DNA of 64,000 bases. It comes from Candidatus Eiseniibacteriota bacterium (lineage in GTDB: Bacteria; Eisenbacteria; RBG-16-71-46). Of this stretch, positions 1 through 10,359 are shown one piece after another; the first letter of the stretch is position 1; the number at the start of each line of letters is the position of its first letter. The notes below the pieces were generated by a model that saw nothing but the letters and a program-made list of their open reading frames with translations, was not told the origin of the DNA and did no database searches. The stretch lies in NCBI GenBank assembly GCA_963744995.1, contig CAVUWA010000009.1, positions 256,001 through 320,000 on the forward strand, read 5' to 3'. The position numbers were made by a program, and so were the translations under genes.

Positions 1-2
1 AC

Positions 3-413
3 GACTTCGTGGACGGGGCGGTATTCGCGAATCAGCCCCTGCACGTGCTGCTCCCCGACGAGGCCGACGCCGCGCTGGTCGTGCTGCTGAGCCCCGTCAC
101 GGTCGGGGCGGGGCGCCGGCCCGGCGCGCACCTGGTGGATCTCGGTGCGCAACTGCTCGAGATGGCCAACTGGCGCGACCTGCAGGCCGAGTTGCGCGCG
201 CTGCCGCCGGGCTGGTCGCGCACGAGCGCGGACGGCGCGCCCGCGCGGGTCTGCGTGGTGGAGCCGCACGATGCGCTGCCGGGCGGCATCCTCGGCTTCA
301 ATCCGGAGACGGCCGCAGCGCTCATGCAGCTCGGCGAGCGCGACGCGCTCGAAGCGCTCGCGAAGGCCGGCTGGCTGCGCGCCTCCCCGGATGCCGCGTC
401 CGCGCCCGCTTGA
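3..413 (+). CDS. Patatin-like phospholipase family protein, C-terminal part (5' end outside window)
   Basis: Frame is open from the window edge and reads DFVDGAVFANQPL, resembling the patatin DGG/DGA..N.P motif. C-terminus FNPETAAALMQLGERDA is also patatin-like. Confidence 0.6.
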   Translation, partial: DFVDGAVFANQPLHVLLPDEADAALVVLLSPVTVGAGRRPGAHLVDLGAQLLEMANWRDLQAELRALPPGWSRTSADGAPARVCVVEPHDALPGGILGFNPETAAALMQLGERDALEALAKAGWLRASPDAASAPA

Positions 414-439
414 GCGCACCGGTGCGCTCCACTATCTTG
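410..439 (+). promoter_or_regulatory. Putative sigma70 promoter for rnhA/rnpB
   Basis: TTGAGC (410-415), 18 nt, TATCTT (434-439). The rnhA ATG is only 5 nt downstream. Confidence 0.45.
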
Positions 440-444
440 CATGC

Positions 445-856
445 ATGACGGATCACAGCTGGGTGTTGCGATGCGACGGCGGGTCACGGGGCAACCCCGG
501 TCCGGGCGCGCTCGGGTACGCGCTGTACGACGCGGACGGAGCCGAGGTCGAGGCGCGCGGCGAGTTCCTCGGTGAGGTCACCAACAACGTGGCCGAATAT
601 CGCGCGCTGCTCGCCGGCCTTCACGCGGCGATCGGGAGAGGCGCGGCGCCGCTCACCGTGTGCATGGATTCCGAGCTGGTCGTGCGGCAGATGAAGGGTG
701 AGTACCGGGTGAAGCACCCGGGCCTCAAGCCGCTGCATGCCGAGGCGAAGACGCTGGCCGCGAAGCTGCCGCGCGTGACGTTCCGCGCCGTGCGCCGCGC
801 CGAGAACGAACGAGCCGATGCGCTCGTCAACGAAACGCTGGATGACATCCTGGGAT

Positions 857-873
<17 letters not shown>
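445..873 (+). CDS. rnhA: Ribonuclease HI (Gram-positive/archaeal-like type)
   Basis: CDGGSRGNPGP, TNNVAEYRAL, DSELVVRQMKGEYRVK and NERADAL motifs. Start placed at ATG 445 rather than 145. Confidence 0.93.
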
Positions 874-1264
<391 letters not shown>

Positions 1265-1265
1265 C

Positions 1266-3227
1266 ATGACCTCGCGGCCGCGGCGGGCGTCGCATGCGAA
1301 GGCGCCGCGCCCGCGGCCGCGGTCCATGCGCGTGCGCTGGATCGCGTGGTGGCCGCTGCTGCCGGCGTTGGGTGCGCTGCTCCTCTATGCGCCGAGCCTC
1401 GGGCTCGGCTTCGTCCGCGACGACCACGGCCTCGTCGAGCGCAATCCCGCTCTGCACGGCGGGCCCGCCAGCGTGGCGCAGGCGCTGGTCAGCGACTTCC
1501 ATGCGGGCACCGGCGGCGGCTCCGGGAAGTGGCGGCCGCTGGTCACCCTCTCGTACGCGCTCGACGGCGCACGCGGGGGCTGGCGCCCGGCGCCGTTCCA
1601 CGCGAGCAACGTGCTCGCGCATGCGCTCGCGTGCCTCGTGCTCGGCCTGCTGCTCGCGCGGGCGGGAATCGCGTGGCCGCTGGCGCTGGCCGCCGCCCTG
1701 TGGTTCGCCGCCATGCCGGCGCACGTGGAGCCGGTGGCGTGGATCGCAGGGCGCACCGATCTGTTCGCGGCGCTGTTCATGTTCGCCGCCCTGCTCGCCG
1801 ACGGCGCGCGGCGGCGGGCGCGGAAGCGCGGTCCCGGTGGGCTCGCGCCGCTGCTGTTCGCGCTCGCGCTGCTCTGCAAGGAGACCTCGCTCGCTCTGCT
1901 CGCGGTGCTCGCCGTCGCCGTCGCCGGCGCGGCGCCGGCCGAACGCCCCGTACGTCCCTGGCGCTGGCTCGCCCCTTACGCGCTGGTGGCGCTGGCGTGG
2001 GCGGCGGCGTGGCTCGCGATCGGGGCGATTCCCGCGCGCCCCGATTACATGGACACGACCCGTGCCGCGGCGGTCGCGCGCGGCGTCGCGTGGACGGCGG
2101 CCGCGCTGCTGCGCTTCACGGTGCCGGGCGTGACCCATGCGCCGGACTGGACGCTGCCCGCGGCGGCCTCATGGGCGGATCCGCGCATCTACGCGGGGCT
2201 CCTGCTGTGGGCCGGTCTGTTCGCGGCGGTCTTCGTCGCGGTGCGGCGACGCAGCGCCTTCGCCGTGCCGCTCGCTCTGACCGTGGCGCCGCTGCTGCCG
2301 GTGGCTGTGGCGTCGTTCGGCGGCTTCGCCGGCGGCGCGGTCATGGCGGAGCGCCTGGTCTACGCCGCCTCGGGCGGCGTCGTCTGGAGCGCCGCACTGG
2401 CCGCCGCCTGGCTGCTGGCGCGCGCCGGCGTCCGCAAGCGCCCGCTCGGCTGGGTGTTCGGCGTGCTCGCCATCGTGGCGATCGTCCACGGCGCGCGGAC
2501 CACCTGGCGCGATCAGGCGATGTATGCGAACGATGCGAGCGTGTACGCCGCGCTGTGGGCGCGGGTCCCCGCGGATCCGGTCGGGGCCGTCGGACTCGCG
2601 ACGGTGCGCATGCACGAGGGGCGCCTCGACGATGCGCTCGCGCTGCTCGATCGGGCCGAAGCGCTCGACCCGCGCGTGCCGGAGATCCACCAGGCACGCG
2701 CCGAGATCGCCTTCGCGCGCGCTGCGTGGGCCGACGTGGCGGCGGCGGCCGGACGCGAGATCGCGCTCGAGCCGACGCGCGGCTATCCGCGTCTGCTGCG
2801 GGACGTGGCGCGCGTGCGCATGGGCGAGGGGGCACAGGTCGCGGCGGAGATCGACTCGCTGGGGCGGTTGTTTCCCGACGACCCGATGCTGCTCGCCGCG
2901 CGCGGCGAGTGGCGGCTCGCCTCCGGACGCCCCGCGCAGGCGGTGACCGACCTCGAGCGCGCGCTCGAGCGCGAACCCGGCGATCCGTTCACCGGACTCG
3001 CGCTCGCGCGGGCGCTCACCGCGACCGGCGACCGGGCGGGCGCGCTGCAGGTGCTGGCGCACGTCGTGCGGATCGCCCCGGAGCGCGCCGAGGCGTGGGC
3101 CGCCTATGCCGAGGCCGCCCGCGCGCTCGGCCGCGGGCCCGAGGCCGACAGCGCGCTGGCCCGGGCACGGGCGCTCGGCGCCGGCGCCGCTGCGGAGCGC
3201 GCCCGCGAAGGAACCGCCCTGCCCTGA
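1266..3227 (+). CDS. Multi-TM GT-C-type membrane protein with C-terminal TPR repeats (TMTC/protein O-mannosyltransferase-like)
   Basis: GFVRDD, WRPL..LSY, PFHASNV..H, HVEPVAWIAGRTDL, LLCKE and AERLVY motifs, followed by TPR-like helices. Start could alternatively be 1326. Confidence 0.8.
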   Translation: MTSRPRRASHAKAPRPRPRSMRVRWIAWWPLLPALGALLLYAPSLGLGFVRDDHGLVERNPALHGGPASVAQALVSDFHAGTGGGSGKWRPLVTLSYALDGARGGWRPAPFHASNVLAHALACLVLGLLLARAGIAWPLALAAALWFAAMPAHVEPVAWIAGRTDLFAALFMFAALLADGARRRARKRGPGGLAPLLFALALLCKETSLALLAVLAVAVAGAAPAERPVRPWRWLAPYALVALAWAAAWLAIGAIPARPDYMDTTRAAAVARGVAWTAAALLRFTVPGVTHAPDWTLPAAASWADPRIYAGLLLWAGLFAAVFVAVRRRSAFAVPLALTVAPLLPVAVASFGGFAGGAVMAERLVYAASGGVVWSAALAAAWLLARAGVRKRPLGWVFGVLAIVAIVHGARTTWRDQAMYANDASVYAALWARVPADPVGAVGLATVRMHEGRLDDALALLDRAEALDPRVPEIHQARAEIAFARAAWADVAAAAGREIALEPTRGYPRLLRDVARVRMGEGAQVAAEIDSLGRLFPDDPMLLAARGEWRLASGRPAQAVTDLERALEREPGDPFTGLALARALTATGDRAGALQVLAHVVRIAPERAEAWAAYAEAARALGRGPEADSALARARALGAGAAAERAREGTALP

Positions 3228-3292
3228 GCGGCAGGCGGGAGGACGCGAGGGCGCAGCGTGCGCTCCCTGGCGCCGCGGCAGGGGGCGCGTCC

Positions 3293-3322
3293 TTGACCCT
3301 GCGCGAACCGCCCTGCTAGCGT
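3293..3322 (+). promoter_or_regulatory. Putative sigma70 promoter for recJ operon
   Basis: TTGACC, 18 nt, TAGCGT with an extended TG. Confidence 0.5.
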
Positions 3323-3373
3323 CCGAGACTCGTCCTATCTGCCAGCCCCCGCGCACTTTCCGAAGAAGCCCGA

Positions 3374-5083
3374 TTGATCGCTCCGCCCGCCCCAGAATGG
3401 GTGCTCCACCCCGCCTACGACGTCGAGAGGGCCGGCCGCCTCGCGCGCGAGCTGGGTGCGCCTCTGCCGGCCGCCCACGCCCTCGTTCATCGCGGCATCG
3501 GCAACCTGACCCTCGCGCGAACCTTCCTCGACCCGGCGCTCGAGGACCTCCACGACCCGTTCGAGCTGCGCGACCTGGAGCGCGCGGTCGCACGACTCGA
3601 ACACGCGACCGCGGCGCAGGAGAGCATCCTCGTCCACGGCGACTACGACGTGGACGGCATCACGTCGACCTTCATGATCTATTCGGTGCTGCGCGAGCTC
3701 GGCGCGCGGGTCGAGTACCGGATCCCGCACCGCACCCGGGACGGCTACGGCCTCTCCGAGGGGGCGGTCGCGTTCGCCGCGCGCCGCGGGCACCGCGTGA
3801 TCGTCACCGTCGACTGCGGGATCACCGCGGTCGGGCCGATCGCGATGGCGAACGCGGCCGGGATCGACACGGTGATCACCGATCACCACGAGCCGCCGGA
3901 CCAGCTGCCCGCCGCGCACGCGATCGTGAACCCGCACCGCGAGGGCTGTCCGTATCCGTTCAAACCGCTCGCCGGGGTCGGCGTCACGTTCAAGCTGATC
4001 CAGGCGCTGCTCAAGGGCCGGGGCGGCATCGAGCGCGCGCGCGAGTACCTCGACGTCGTCGCGCTCGGCACGATCGCCGACGTCGTACCGCTGGTCGGCG
4101 AGAATCGCGTGCTGGCGCGACTCGGGCTCGATCAGCTCAACCGTACCGACCGGCTCGGCCTGCGCGCGCTCGCGCGGGTGGCGGGGCTGGAAGGCCGCGA
4201 CATCACCGGCGGGCAGGTGGCGTTCGTGCTGGCGCCGCGCCTCAACGCGGCGGGGCGCATGGGCAACGCCGAGCAGGGCGTGCGCCTGCTGCTGGCCCGC
4301 GACAGCGGCGAGGCCGCCGACTGCGCGCAGAGCCTCGAAGAAGACAACATGCGTCGCCGCCGCTACGACGAGGAGGCGCTGCTCGAGGCGGCGAAGCGCG
4401 TCGAGGCCGAACTCGGCTGGCCCGACTGCGCCTCGATCCTGATGTGGTCCGACGACTGGCACCCGGGCGTCATCGGCATCGTCGCCTCGCGGCTGGTCGA
4501 GCGTTTCCAGCGCCCGACGCTGCTGATCTCGATGGACGGCGAGCGCGGACGCGGCTCCGGGAGGAGCCTCCCGGGGCTCGATCTGCACCAGCTGCTCGCC
4601 GACTGCGACGACCTGCTGATCGCGCACGGCGGGCACGCGTTCGCGGCCGGTCTGAGCGTCGAACGGCGCCAGCTCGCGGCGTTCGCCGAGCGCTTCGACC
4701 GGCTGGTGCGCGAGCGCATGGATCCCGGCTCGGTGGTGCAGCGCCTCGAGCTCGACGACGACCTGCACCTCGGCCAGTGTGATCTGCCGCTTGCCGAATG
4801 GCTCGAGCGTCTTTCGCCGTACGGGCTCGACAACGCCGAGCCCGTCTACCGCGCCCGCGACCTGATCGTCGATCAGGCCGCGGCGGTCGGCGGCGGGCGC
4901 CACCTCAAGCTGCGGTTGCGCGACGCCACCGGAACCGCCGAAGCGATCGGCTTCAACATGGGCGATCGGCTCGCCGGGATCGCCCGCGGCGGACGCTGCG
5001 ACGTGGCGTTCGTGCCGACGCGCAACGAGTGGATGGGACAGACGCGCGTGCAGCTCAAGCTGAAGGGCGTGCGCGTGCCATGA
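3374..5083 (+). CDS. recJ: Single-stranded DNA exonuclease RecJ
   Basis: GDYDVDG, TVDCG, ITDHH, GTIADVVPL, PRLNAAGR, GSGRS and GGHAFAAG motifs. Confidence 0.96.
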   Translation: MIAPPAPEWVLHPAYDVERAGRLARELGAPLPAAHALVHRGIGNLTLARTFLDPALEDLHDPFELRDLERAVARLEHATAAQESILVHGDYDVDGITSTFMIYSVLRELGARVEYRIPHRTRDGYGLSEGAVAFAARRGHRVIVTVDCGITAVGPIAMANAAGIDTVITDHHEPPDQLPAAHAIVNPHREGCPYPFKPLAGVGVTFKLIQALLKGRGGIERAREYLDVVALGTIADVVPLVGENRVLARLGLDQLNRTDRLGLRALARVAGLEGRDITGGQVAFVLAPRLNAAGRMGNAEQGVRLLLARDSGEAADCAQSLEEDNMRRRRYDEEALLEAAKRVEAELGWPDCASILMWSDDWHPGVIGIVASRLVERFQRPTLLISMDGERGRGSGRSLPGLDLHQLLADCDDLLIAHGGHAFAAGLSVERRQLAAFAERFDRLVRERMDPGSVVQRLELDDDLHLGQCDLPLAEWLERLSPYGLDNAEPVYRARDLIVDQAAAVGGGRHLKLRLRDATGTAEAIGFNMGDRLAGIARGGRCDVAFVPTRNEWMGQTRVQLKLKGVRVP

Positions 5084-7284
5084 GCGCCTCCGACCCGCGG
5101 CATCCGGAGCTGCGTGCGACGCTGCTGGCGGCGCTGGACGAGCGCTCGCCGCGCGTGGACCGCGGCCGGGTGGCGGCGTGCTTCGACTTCGCCGCCGAGG
5201 CGCACCAGGGCCAGGCGCGCGAATCGGGCGAGCCGTACGTCAGCCATTCCGTGGCGGTGGCGCTGATCCTGGTCGATCTGCTGGAGGCGCTGCTCGACAC
5301 GCCGCTGGTGTGCGCGGCGCTGCTCCACGACGTGGTCGAGGACACACCGGTCACCGCGGCGGACGTCGAGAAGCGTTTCGGCAAGGAGGTCGCCGGGCTG
5401 GTCGAGGGCGTCACCAAGCTCTCGAAGATGCACTTCGAGCGGCGCGAAGCGGCGCAGGCGGAGAACTTCCGCCGCATGCTGCTGTCGATGGCGCAAGACC
5501 TGCGGGTGATCTTCATCAAGCTCGCCGACCGCCTGCACAACATGCGCACGATCGAGGCCCTGCGTCCCGAGAAGCAGCACCGTATCGCGCTGGAGTCGCG
5601 CGACATCTACGCGCCGCTCGCGCACCGGCTCGGCATGGCGAGCATCAAGCGCAACCTCGAGGATTTGAGCCTCAAGGTGCTGGACCCCGAGGCGTACGAG
5701 TCGCTCACGCGCCGCGTCCAGGCGAAGCGTGAAGAACGCGAGGCGTTCATCGAAGGCGTCAGGCGCCGGCTCGAGGACGGCCTGCGTGCCGCCGGCATCC
5801 GCGCCGAAGTCACGGGACGACCGAAGCACTTCTACTCGATCTACAGCAAGATGCAGGCGCGCGACTTCGAGACCATCTACGACCTCTTCGGGCTGCGCAT
5901 CATCACCCATACCCGTAACGACTGCTATCGCGCGCTCGGCGTGGTGCACGACCTGTTCACGCCGGTCGCCGACCGCTTCAAGGACTACATCGCCACGCCG
6001 AAGAGCAACCTCTATCAGTCGCTGCACACCACGGTGCTCACCGAGGACGGCGAGATGGTCGAGGTGCAGATCCGCACGCGTGACATGCATCGCACCGCGG
6101 AGACCGGCGTCGCCGCGCATTACGTCTACAAGCAGGGCGGGCGCCTCGACGAGGAGCTCGACGCCAAGCTCGGCGGTTTCGTCGCGCAGACCGCCGACTG
6201 GCAGCGTGCCACCGCCGACGACGAGTACATGGACCTGCTGCGCACGGCGCTCTACCAGGAAGAGGTGTTCGTCTACACGCCGCGGCGCGAGCTCAAGCGC
6301 CTGCCGAAGGGGGCGACGCCGCTGGACTTCGCGTTCCTGATCCATACCCAGGTCGGCCAGCACACGGTGGGTGCGCGGGTGAACGGCGAGCTGGTGCCGC
6401 TGCGCCACGAGCTGCGCAACGGCGATACGGTCGAGATCATCACCTCGCCGCACGCGCAGCCCAACGAAGACTGGCTGAAGATCCTGCGCACGGCCGGTGC
6501 ACGCAGCAAGGTGCGCCACTGGCTGCGCCAGCAGCGCCGCGACGACAGCATCACGCTGGGCCGGGAGATGCTCGATCGCGAGCTCAAGCGCGAGCGCCAG
6601 CCGCTCGATCCCGCGCGACTGGAACAGGTCGTGCGCGGCCTCGGGCTGTCGCACGCCGACGAACTCTACGCGCAGCTCGGCGAGGGCCAGCTCTCGCTGC
6701 GCCAGGTGGTGCGCAAGCTGGTGCCGGAGAAAGAGGGCTTCGCCGAGCGGCTCGCCAAGGGTCCCCTCGAGGCGCTGGGCCTCGGCCGCAAGCCCACCGG
6801 CGGCGTACGCATTCAGGGCCTCGACAACGTGATGCTCAACTTCGCCCGCTGCTGCCAGCCGGTGCCGGGTGACCGCGTGGTCGGGATCGTCACCCTCGGG
6901 CGCGGCGTCTCGGTGCATCGCGTGGATTGTCCCAACACGTTCAGCGACCGCACGCCGCCCGAGCGCAAGGTGGCGGTCGAGTGGGACACGCGCATCGGCG
7001 AGACGTTCCCGGTGCGGCTGGTGGTCTACGGCAACGACCGTACCTCGCTGCTCGCCGACATCGCGAAGACGATCGCCACGACCCAGGTCAACATCCGCAC
7101 CGCCGGAATGGCGAGCGAGGACCGCACGGCGCGCGGCGTATTCGTGGTCGAGGTCCCGCACCTGGGGAAGCTCCAGCAGGTGATGGAGGCGATCCGCAAG
7201 GTGAAGGGCGTGACGCGGGTCGAACGCCGCCAGCGGATCGTCCGCGGACCCGGCTCGCAGCGCCGCGCGAGCGGGGGCGAATGA
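5080..7284 (+). CDS. relA: Bifunctional (p)ppGpp synthetase/hydrolase Rel (RelA/SpoT)
   Basis: HD hydrolase LLHDVVED, KLADRLHNMRT, RFKD synthetase motif, YQSLHT, TGS, CCQPVPGD and ACT domains. ATG overlaps the recJ stop. Confidence 0.95.
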   Translation: MSASDPRHPELRATLLAALDERSPRVDRGRVAACFDFAAEAHQGQARESGEPYVSHSVAVALILVDLLEALLDTPLVCAALLHDVVEDTPVTAADVEKRFGKEVAGLVEGVTKLSKMHFERREAAQAENFRRMLLSMAQDLRVIFIKLADRLHNMRTIEALRPEKQHRIALESRDIYAPLAHRLGMASIKRNLEDLSLKVLDPEAYESLTRRVQAKREEREAFIEGVRRRLEDGLRAAGIRAEVTGRPKHFYSIYSKMQARDFETIYDLFGLRIITHTRNDCYRALGVVHDLFTPVADRFKDYIATPKSNLYQSLHTTVLTEDGEMVEVQIRTRDMHRTAETGVAAHYVYKQGGRLDEELDAKLGGFVAQTADWQRATADDEYMDLLRTALYQEEVFVYTPRRELKRLPKGATPLDFAFLIHTQVGQHTVGARVNGELVPLRHELRNGDTVEIITSPHAQPNEDWLKILRTAGARSKVRHWLRQQRRDDSITLGREMLDRELKRERQPLDPARLEQVVRGLGLSHADELYAQLGEGQLSLRQVVRKLVPEKEGFAERLAKGPLEALGLGRKPTGGVRIQGLDNVMLNFARCCQPVPGDRVVGIVTLGRGVSVHRVDCPNTFSDRTPPERKVAVEWDTRIGETFPVRLVVYGNDRTSLLADIAKTIATTQVNIRTAGMASEDRTARGVFVVEVPHLGKLQQVMEAIRKVKGVTRVERRQRIVRGPGSQRRASGGE

Positions 7285-7739
7285 GGGCGCTGGTGCAGCG
7301 CGTCACGCGGGCGAGCGTGACGGTCGAGGGCACCGTACGCGGGCGGATCGGCGCGGGTCTGCTGGTGCTGCTCGGGGCCGGCCGCGACGACGGTGCCACC
7401 GAGGTCAGCTGGCTCGCCAGGAAGCTCGCCAACCTGCGGATCTTCAGCGACGGCGAGCAGCTCATGAACCGGAGCCTCCTCGACTCGGGCGGCGGCGCGC
7501 TGGTGATTCCGCAGTTCACGCTGTTCGGCGACGTCAGCCGCGGCCGCCGGCCCGAATTTCTGGGCGCGGCGAAACCCGAGGCGGCGGAACCGCTGTTCGA
7601 GGCGTTCTGCGCGGCGCTCGCCGCCGAAGGCGTTCCGGTCGAGCGCGGCGTGTTCCGCGCGCACATGGAAGTCGAGCTCGTGAACGACGGTCCGGTGACG
7701 ATCTGGGTCGAGACCCCGGCGCGCGGCGGGCCGTCTTGA
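7281..7739 (+). CDS. dtd: D-aminoacyl-tRNA deacylase
   Basis: MRALVQRV, QFTL and NDGPVT motifs, in the usual position after rel. Confidence 0.95.
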   Translation: MRALVQRVTRASVTVEGTVRGRIGAGLLVLLGAGRDDGATEVSWLARKLANLRIFSDGEQLMNRSLLDSGGGALVIPQFTLFGDVSRGRRPEFLGAAKPEAAEPLFEAFCAALAAEGVPVERGVFRAHMEVELVNDGPVTIWVETPARGGPS

Positions 7740-8326
7740 GCCGCGGCGCGCGGCTGTTCTACCGCGGCCGGACGCCGCTCGTGCTGGCGTCGGCGTCGCC
7801 CCGGCGCGTGCAGCTGCTGCAGCAGGCGGGAGCCGAGTTCACGGTCGCCGACCCCGGGCCCGACCGCGAATGGCCGGGCGCGGCGGACCCGCGCCACGGC
7901 GTGCGCGCACTGGCGCTCGACAAGGCGCGCCGCATCGCGGTGACGCGCCCGGCCGCGCTGGTGATCGGCGCCGACACGATCGTGGTCGCGCGCGGGCGTC
8001 GCTTCGGCAAGCCGGCCTCTGCCGCCGAGGCCGCGGACATGCTGCGCCGCCTGCACGGCCGCACCCACGAGGTGTGGACCGGGCTCGCGCTGGTCAAGGG
8101 CAACGAGCAGCGCACCGCCGCCGAAGTGACGCGGGTGCAGTTCGCGCGGCTCACGGACGCCGACATCCTCGCGTACGTGAAGAGCGGCGAGCCGCTCGAC
8201 AAGGCCGGCGCGTATGCGATCCAGGGACTCGCCGCCCAGTTCGTGCGCCGGATCGAAGGGGACTACTCCAACGTGGTGGGGCTGCCGCTGCAGAAGCTCA
8301 GGCAGCTGCTGGCGGATTTTGCCTGA
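7736..8326 (+). CDS. maf: Maf family nucleoside triphosphate pyrophosphatase
   Basis: LASASPRR, GADTIV, GKP, DKAGAYAIQG and NVVGLP motifs. Confidence 0.93.
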   Translation: MSRGARLFYRGRTPLVLASASPRRVQLLQQAGAEFTVADPGPDREWPGAADPRHGVRALALDKARRIAVTRPAALVIGADTIVVARGRRFGKPASAAEAADMLRRLHGRTHEVWTGLALVKGNEQRTAAEVTRVQFARLTDADILAYVKSGEPLDKAGAYAIQGLAAQFVRRIEGDYSNVVGLPLQKLRQLLADFA

Positions 8327-8405
8327 GATCCCGGACCGGGGGCGGCGCCTCGGGGCCCGCGGCGCCGCGCCGGCCGCGCCCGGGCCGCCGGCGGGGGCAC
8401 GTTTC

Positions 8406-8435
8406 TTGACAGGCTTTCGAGCCCCGTGCTAGCTT
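8406..8435 (+). promoter_or_regulatory. sigma70 promoter of rplM operon
   Basis: TTGACA (8406-8411), 18 nt, TAGCTT with an extended TG. Confidence 0.65.
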
Positions 8436-8540
8436 CCCTCGCTTCTTGATGATAGCCGGGGCGGTCGGATGCCGCGTGCGCGCCGCGAGGGCGGTCCACG
8501 TGCGGTACGCGGGCCCGGCATGGATGGTTTGGAGGAAGGC

Positions 8541-8978
8541 ATGAAGACGTATTCGGCCCGCCCGGCCGACATCGAACGGCGCTGGCTCGTGGTGGACGCG
8601 CAGGGGCAGACCCTGGGACGCCTCGCGACCCGGGTGGCCACGGTGCTCAGGGGCAAGCACAAGCCGACGTTCACGCCGCACATGGACACGGGCGATCACG
8701 TCGTCGTGATCAACGCGCGCGAGATCGTCCTCACCGGGTCCAAGCCCGAGAACAAGCGCTATTTCCACCACACGCTGTACCCGGGTGGCGCGCGCTGGAC
8801 GACGTACCGCGAACTCATGGACACGCATCCCGAGCGCGTCATCGAGCACGCGGTCCGCGGTATGCTGCCGAAGACGAAGCTCGGCCGCGCCGTGATCAGG
8901 AAACTTAGGGTTTACCCGGGAGCCGAGCACCCGCACGCGGCCCAGAGCCCCGAGGCGTGGGCGCCGACGGCCGGCTGA
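8541..8978 (+). CDS. rplM: 50S ribosomal protein L13
   Basis: [26 protein letters not shown] and GMLPK motifs. GGAGG RBS precedes ATG 8541. Confidence 0.97.
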   Translation: MKTYSARPADIERRWLVVDAQGQTLGRLATRVATVLRGKHKPTFTPHMDTGDHVVVINAREIVLTGSKPENKRYFHHTLYPGGARWTTYRELMDTHPERVIEHAVRGMLPKTKLGRAVIRKLRVYPGAEHPHAAQSPEAWAPTAG

Positions 8979-8988
8979 GAGGAGTTTC

Positions 8989-9387
8989 ATGACGACCCAG
9001 ACTCAATCCCGCCCGCGCGCGGGCCGTCGCAAGGAGGCCGTGGCGCGCGTGCGCCTGCTGGCCGGCGGCGGCGATCACCTGGTGAACGGCCGTCAGGCCC
9101 TGGAATATCTGAAGCGTGAAACGCTGCTCACCGAGGCCTTCAAGGCGATCTCGGTGGCGAACGTCGAAGGCAAGTACCGCGTCGACGCGCGCGTGAACGG
9201 CGGCGGTCTCACCGGCCAGGCCGGCGCGCTGCGCATGGCGGTGGCGCGAGCGCTCGTCGCCGAGGACGAAACGCTGCGTGCACTGCTCGGCCGCGAGGGG
9301 CTGCTGCGCCGCGACGCGCGCATGAAGGAACGCAAGAAGTACGGACAGCCGGGCGCGCGCAAGCGCTTCCAGTTCAGCAAGCGGTAG
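8989..9387 (+). CDS. rpsI: 30S ribosomal protein S9
   Basis: GRRKEAVARV, GGGLTGQAGA and ERKKYG...FQFSKR motifs. Confidence 0.97.
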   Translation: MTTQTQSRPRAGRRKEAVARVRLLAGGGDHLVNGRQALEYLKRETLLTEAFKAISVANVEGKYRVDARVNGGGLTGQAGALRMAVARALVAEDETLRALLGREGLLRRDARMKERKKYGQPGARKRFQFSKR

Positions 9388-9396
9388 AACGACATT

Positions 9397-9482
9397 CACC
9401 ACGCACGCGCGTCTCGCCGCGTAGGGGTGCCCCGCGAGGGGTCGAAACGCGAGCCAGGCGGACGCGCGGAAGCAACAACCCC
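9397..9482 (+). ncRNA. rpsB leader (t44/S2-leader-like cis-regulatory RNA)
   Basis: CACGCGCGTC...GACGCGCG outer stem, GGGGTGCCCCGCGAGGGGTCG inner element and a 3' AACCCC able to pair with GGGGT. This matches the t44 layout directly upstream of rpsB. Confidence 0.75.
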
Positions 9483-9496
9483 GAGGGAGGTCATCG

Positions 9497-10282
9497 GTGG
9501 CTGACGTCAGTATGAAGGATCTGCTCGAAGCGGGCGTCCACTTCGGGCATCAGACCCGTCGGTGGAATCCGCAGATGAAGAAGTTCATCTTCATGGAGCG
9601 GAACGGGATCTACATCCTCGACCTGCAGAAGACGCTGAAGTGCCTCGAAGAGGCGCGCAAGATCATCGCCCAGGTGGTGCGCGGCGGCGGGCACGTCCTG
9701 TTCGTGGCGACCAAGAAGCAGGCGAAGCCGATCGTGGTCGAGGAGGCGCAGCGCTGCGGGCAATTCTACGTGACCGAGCGCTGGCTCGGCGGCATGCTGA
9801 CGAACTTCAAGACGATCCGGACCAGCATCAAGCGGCTCCACGACCTCGACAAGATGGCCGAGGACGGCACCTTCGAGAAGCTCGCGAAGAAGGAAGTCTC
9901 GCGGCTCTCGCGCGAACGCGCGCGTCTCGAGTTCGCCTTCTCGGGCATCAAGGAGATGCCGGGGCTGCCGGCGCTCGTCTTCATCGTCGACACGCGCAAG
10001 GAGAAGATCGCCGTCGCCGAGGCCAACCGCCTGAACCTGCCGATCGCCGGCGTGGTGGACACCAACTGCGATCCCACGGTGATCGACTACCCGATCCCCG
10101 GGAACGACGATGCGATCCGCGCGATCCGTCTGTTCGCGAAGCTCGTCGCGGACACGGTCATCGAGGCGCGCTCGCAGGCGCTCGAAGGCGCCGATCAGGA
10201 GACGGTCTCCTACGGCGGCGACGAAGGCGGCGAGGCGGGCGACAAGGGCGAGGGGGCGGCCACGCAGGCGGCTCGTGTCTAG
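9497..10282 (+). CDS. rpsB: 30S ribosomal protein S2
   Basis: [26 protein letters not shown] and PGNDDAIR motifs. Confidence 0.98.
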   Translation: MADVSMKDLLEAGVHFGHQTRRWNPQMKKFIFMERNGIYILDLQKTLKCLEEARKIIAQVVRGGGHVLFVATKKQAKPIVVEEAQRCGQFYVTERWLGGMLTNFKTIRTSIKRLHDLDKMAEDGTFEKLAKKEVSRLSRERARLEFAFSGIKEMPGLPALVFIVDTRKEKIAVAEANRLNLPIAGVVDTNCDPTVIDYPIPGNDDAIRAIRLFAKLVADTVIEARSQALEGADQETVSYGGDEGGEAGDKGEGAATQAARV

Positions 10283-10308
10283 GCTTCTCTGAAGAACAGG
10301 CCATCCAT

Positions 10309-10338
10309 GACGCCCGCCCGATCACCCGGGCGGGCGTT
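10309..10338 (+). other. GC-rich hairpin between rpsB and tsf (attenuator/processing site candidate)
   Basis: GACGCCCGCCCG...CGGGCGGGCGTT inverted repeat with no long U-tract. Confidence 0.45.
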
Positions 10339-10359
10339 GCAACGCAGGGAGAATCAGCG

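Noticed and set aside
145..444. Long N-terminal extension of RNase HI in the ORF track
   Set aside because: Arg-rich off-frame sequence overlapping the patatin gene. The promoter and ATG 445 fit better.
9562..10359. Apparent 266-aa N-terminal extension of EF-Ts
   Set aside because: It overlaps rpsB in another frame. The real start with an SD is ATG 10360.
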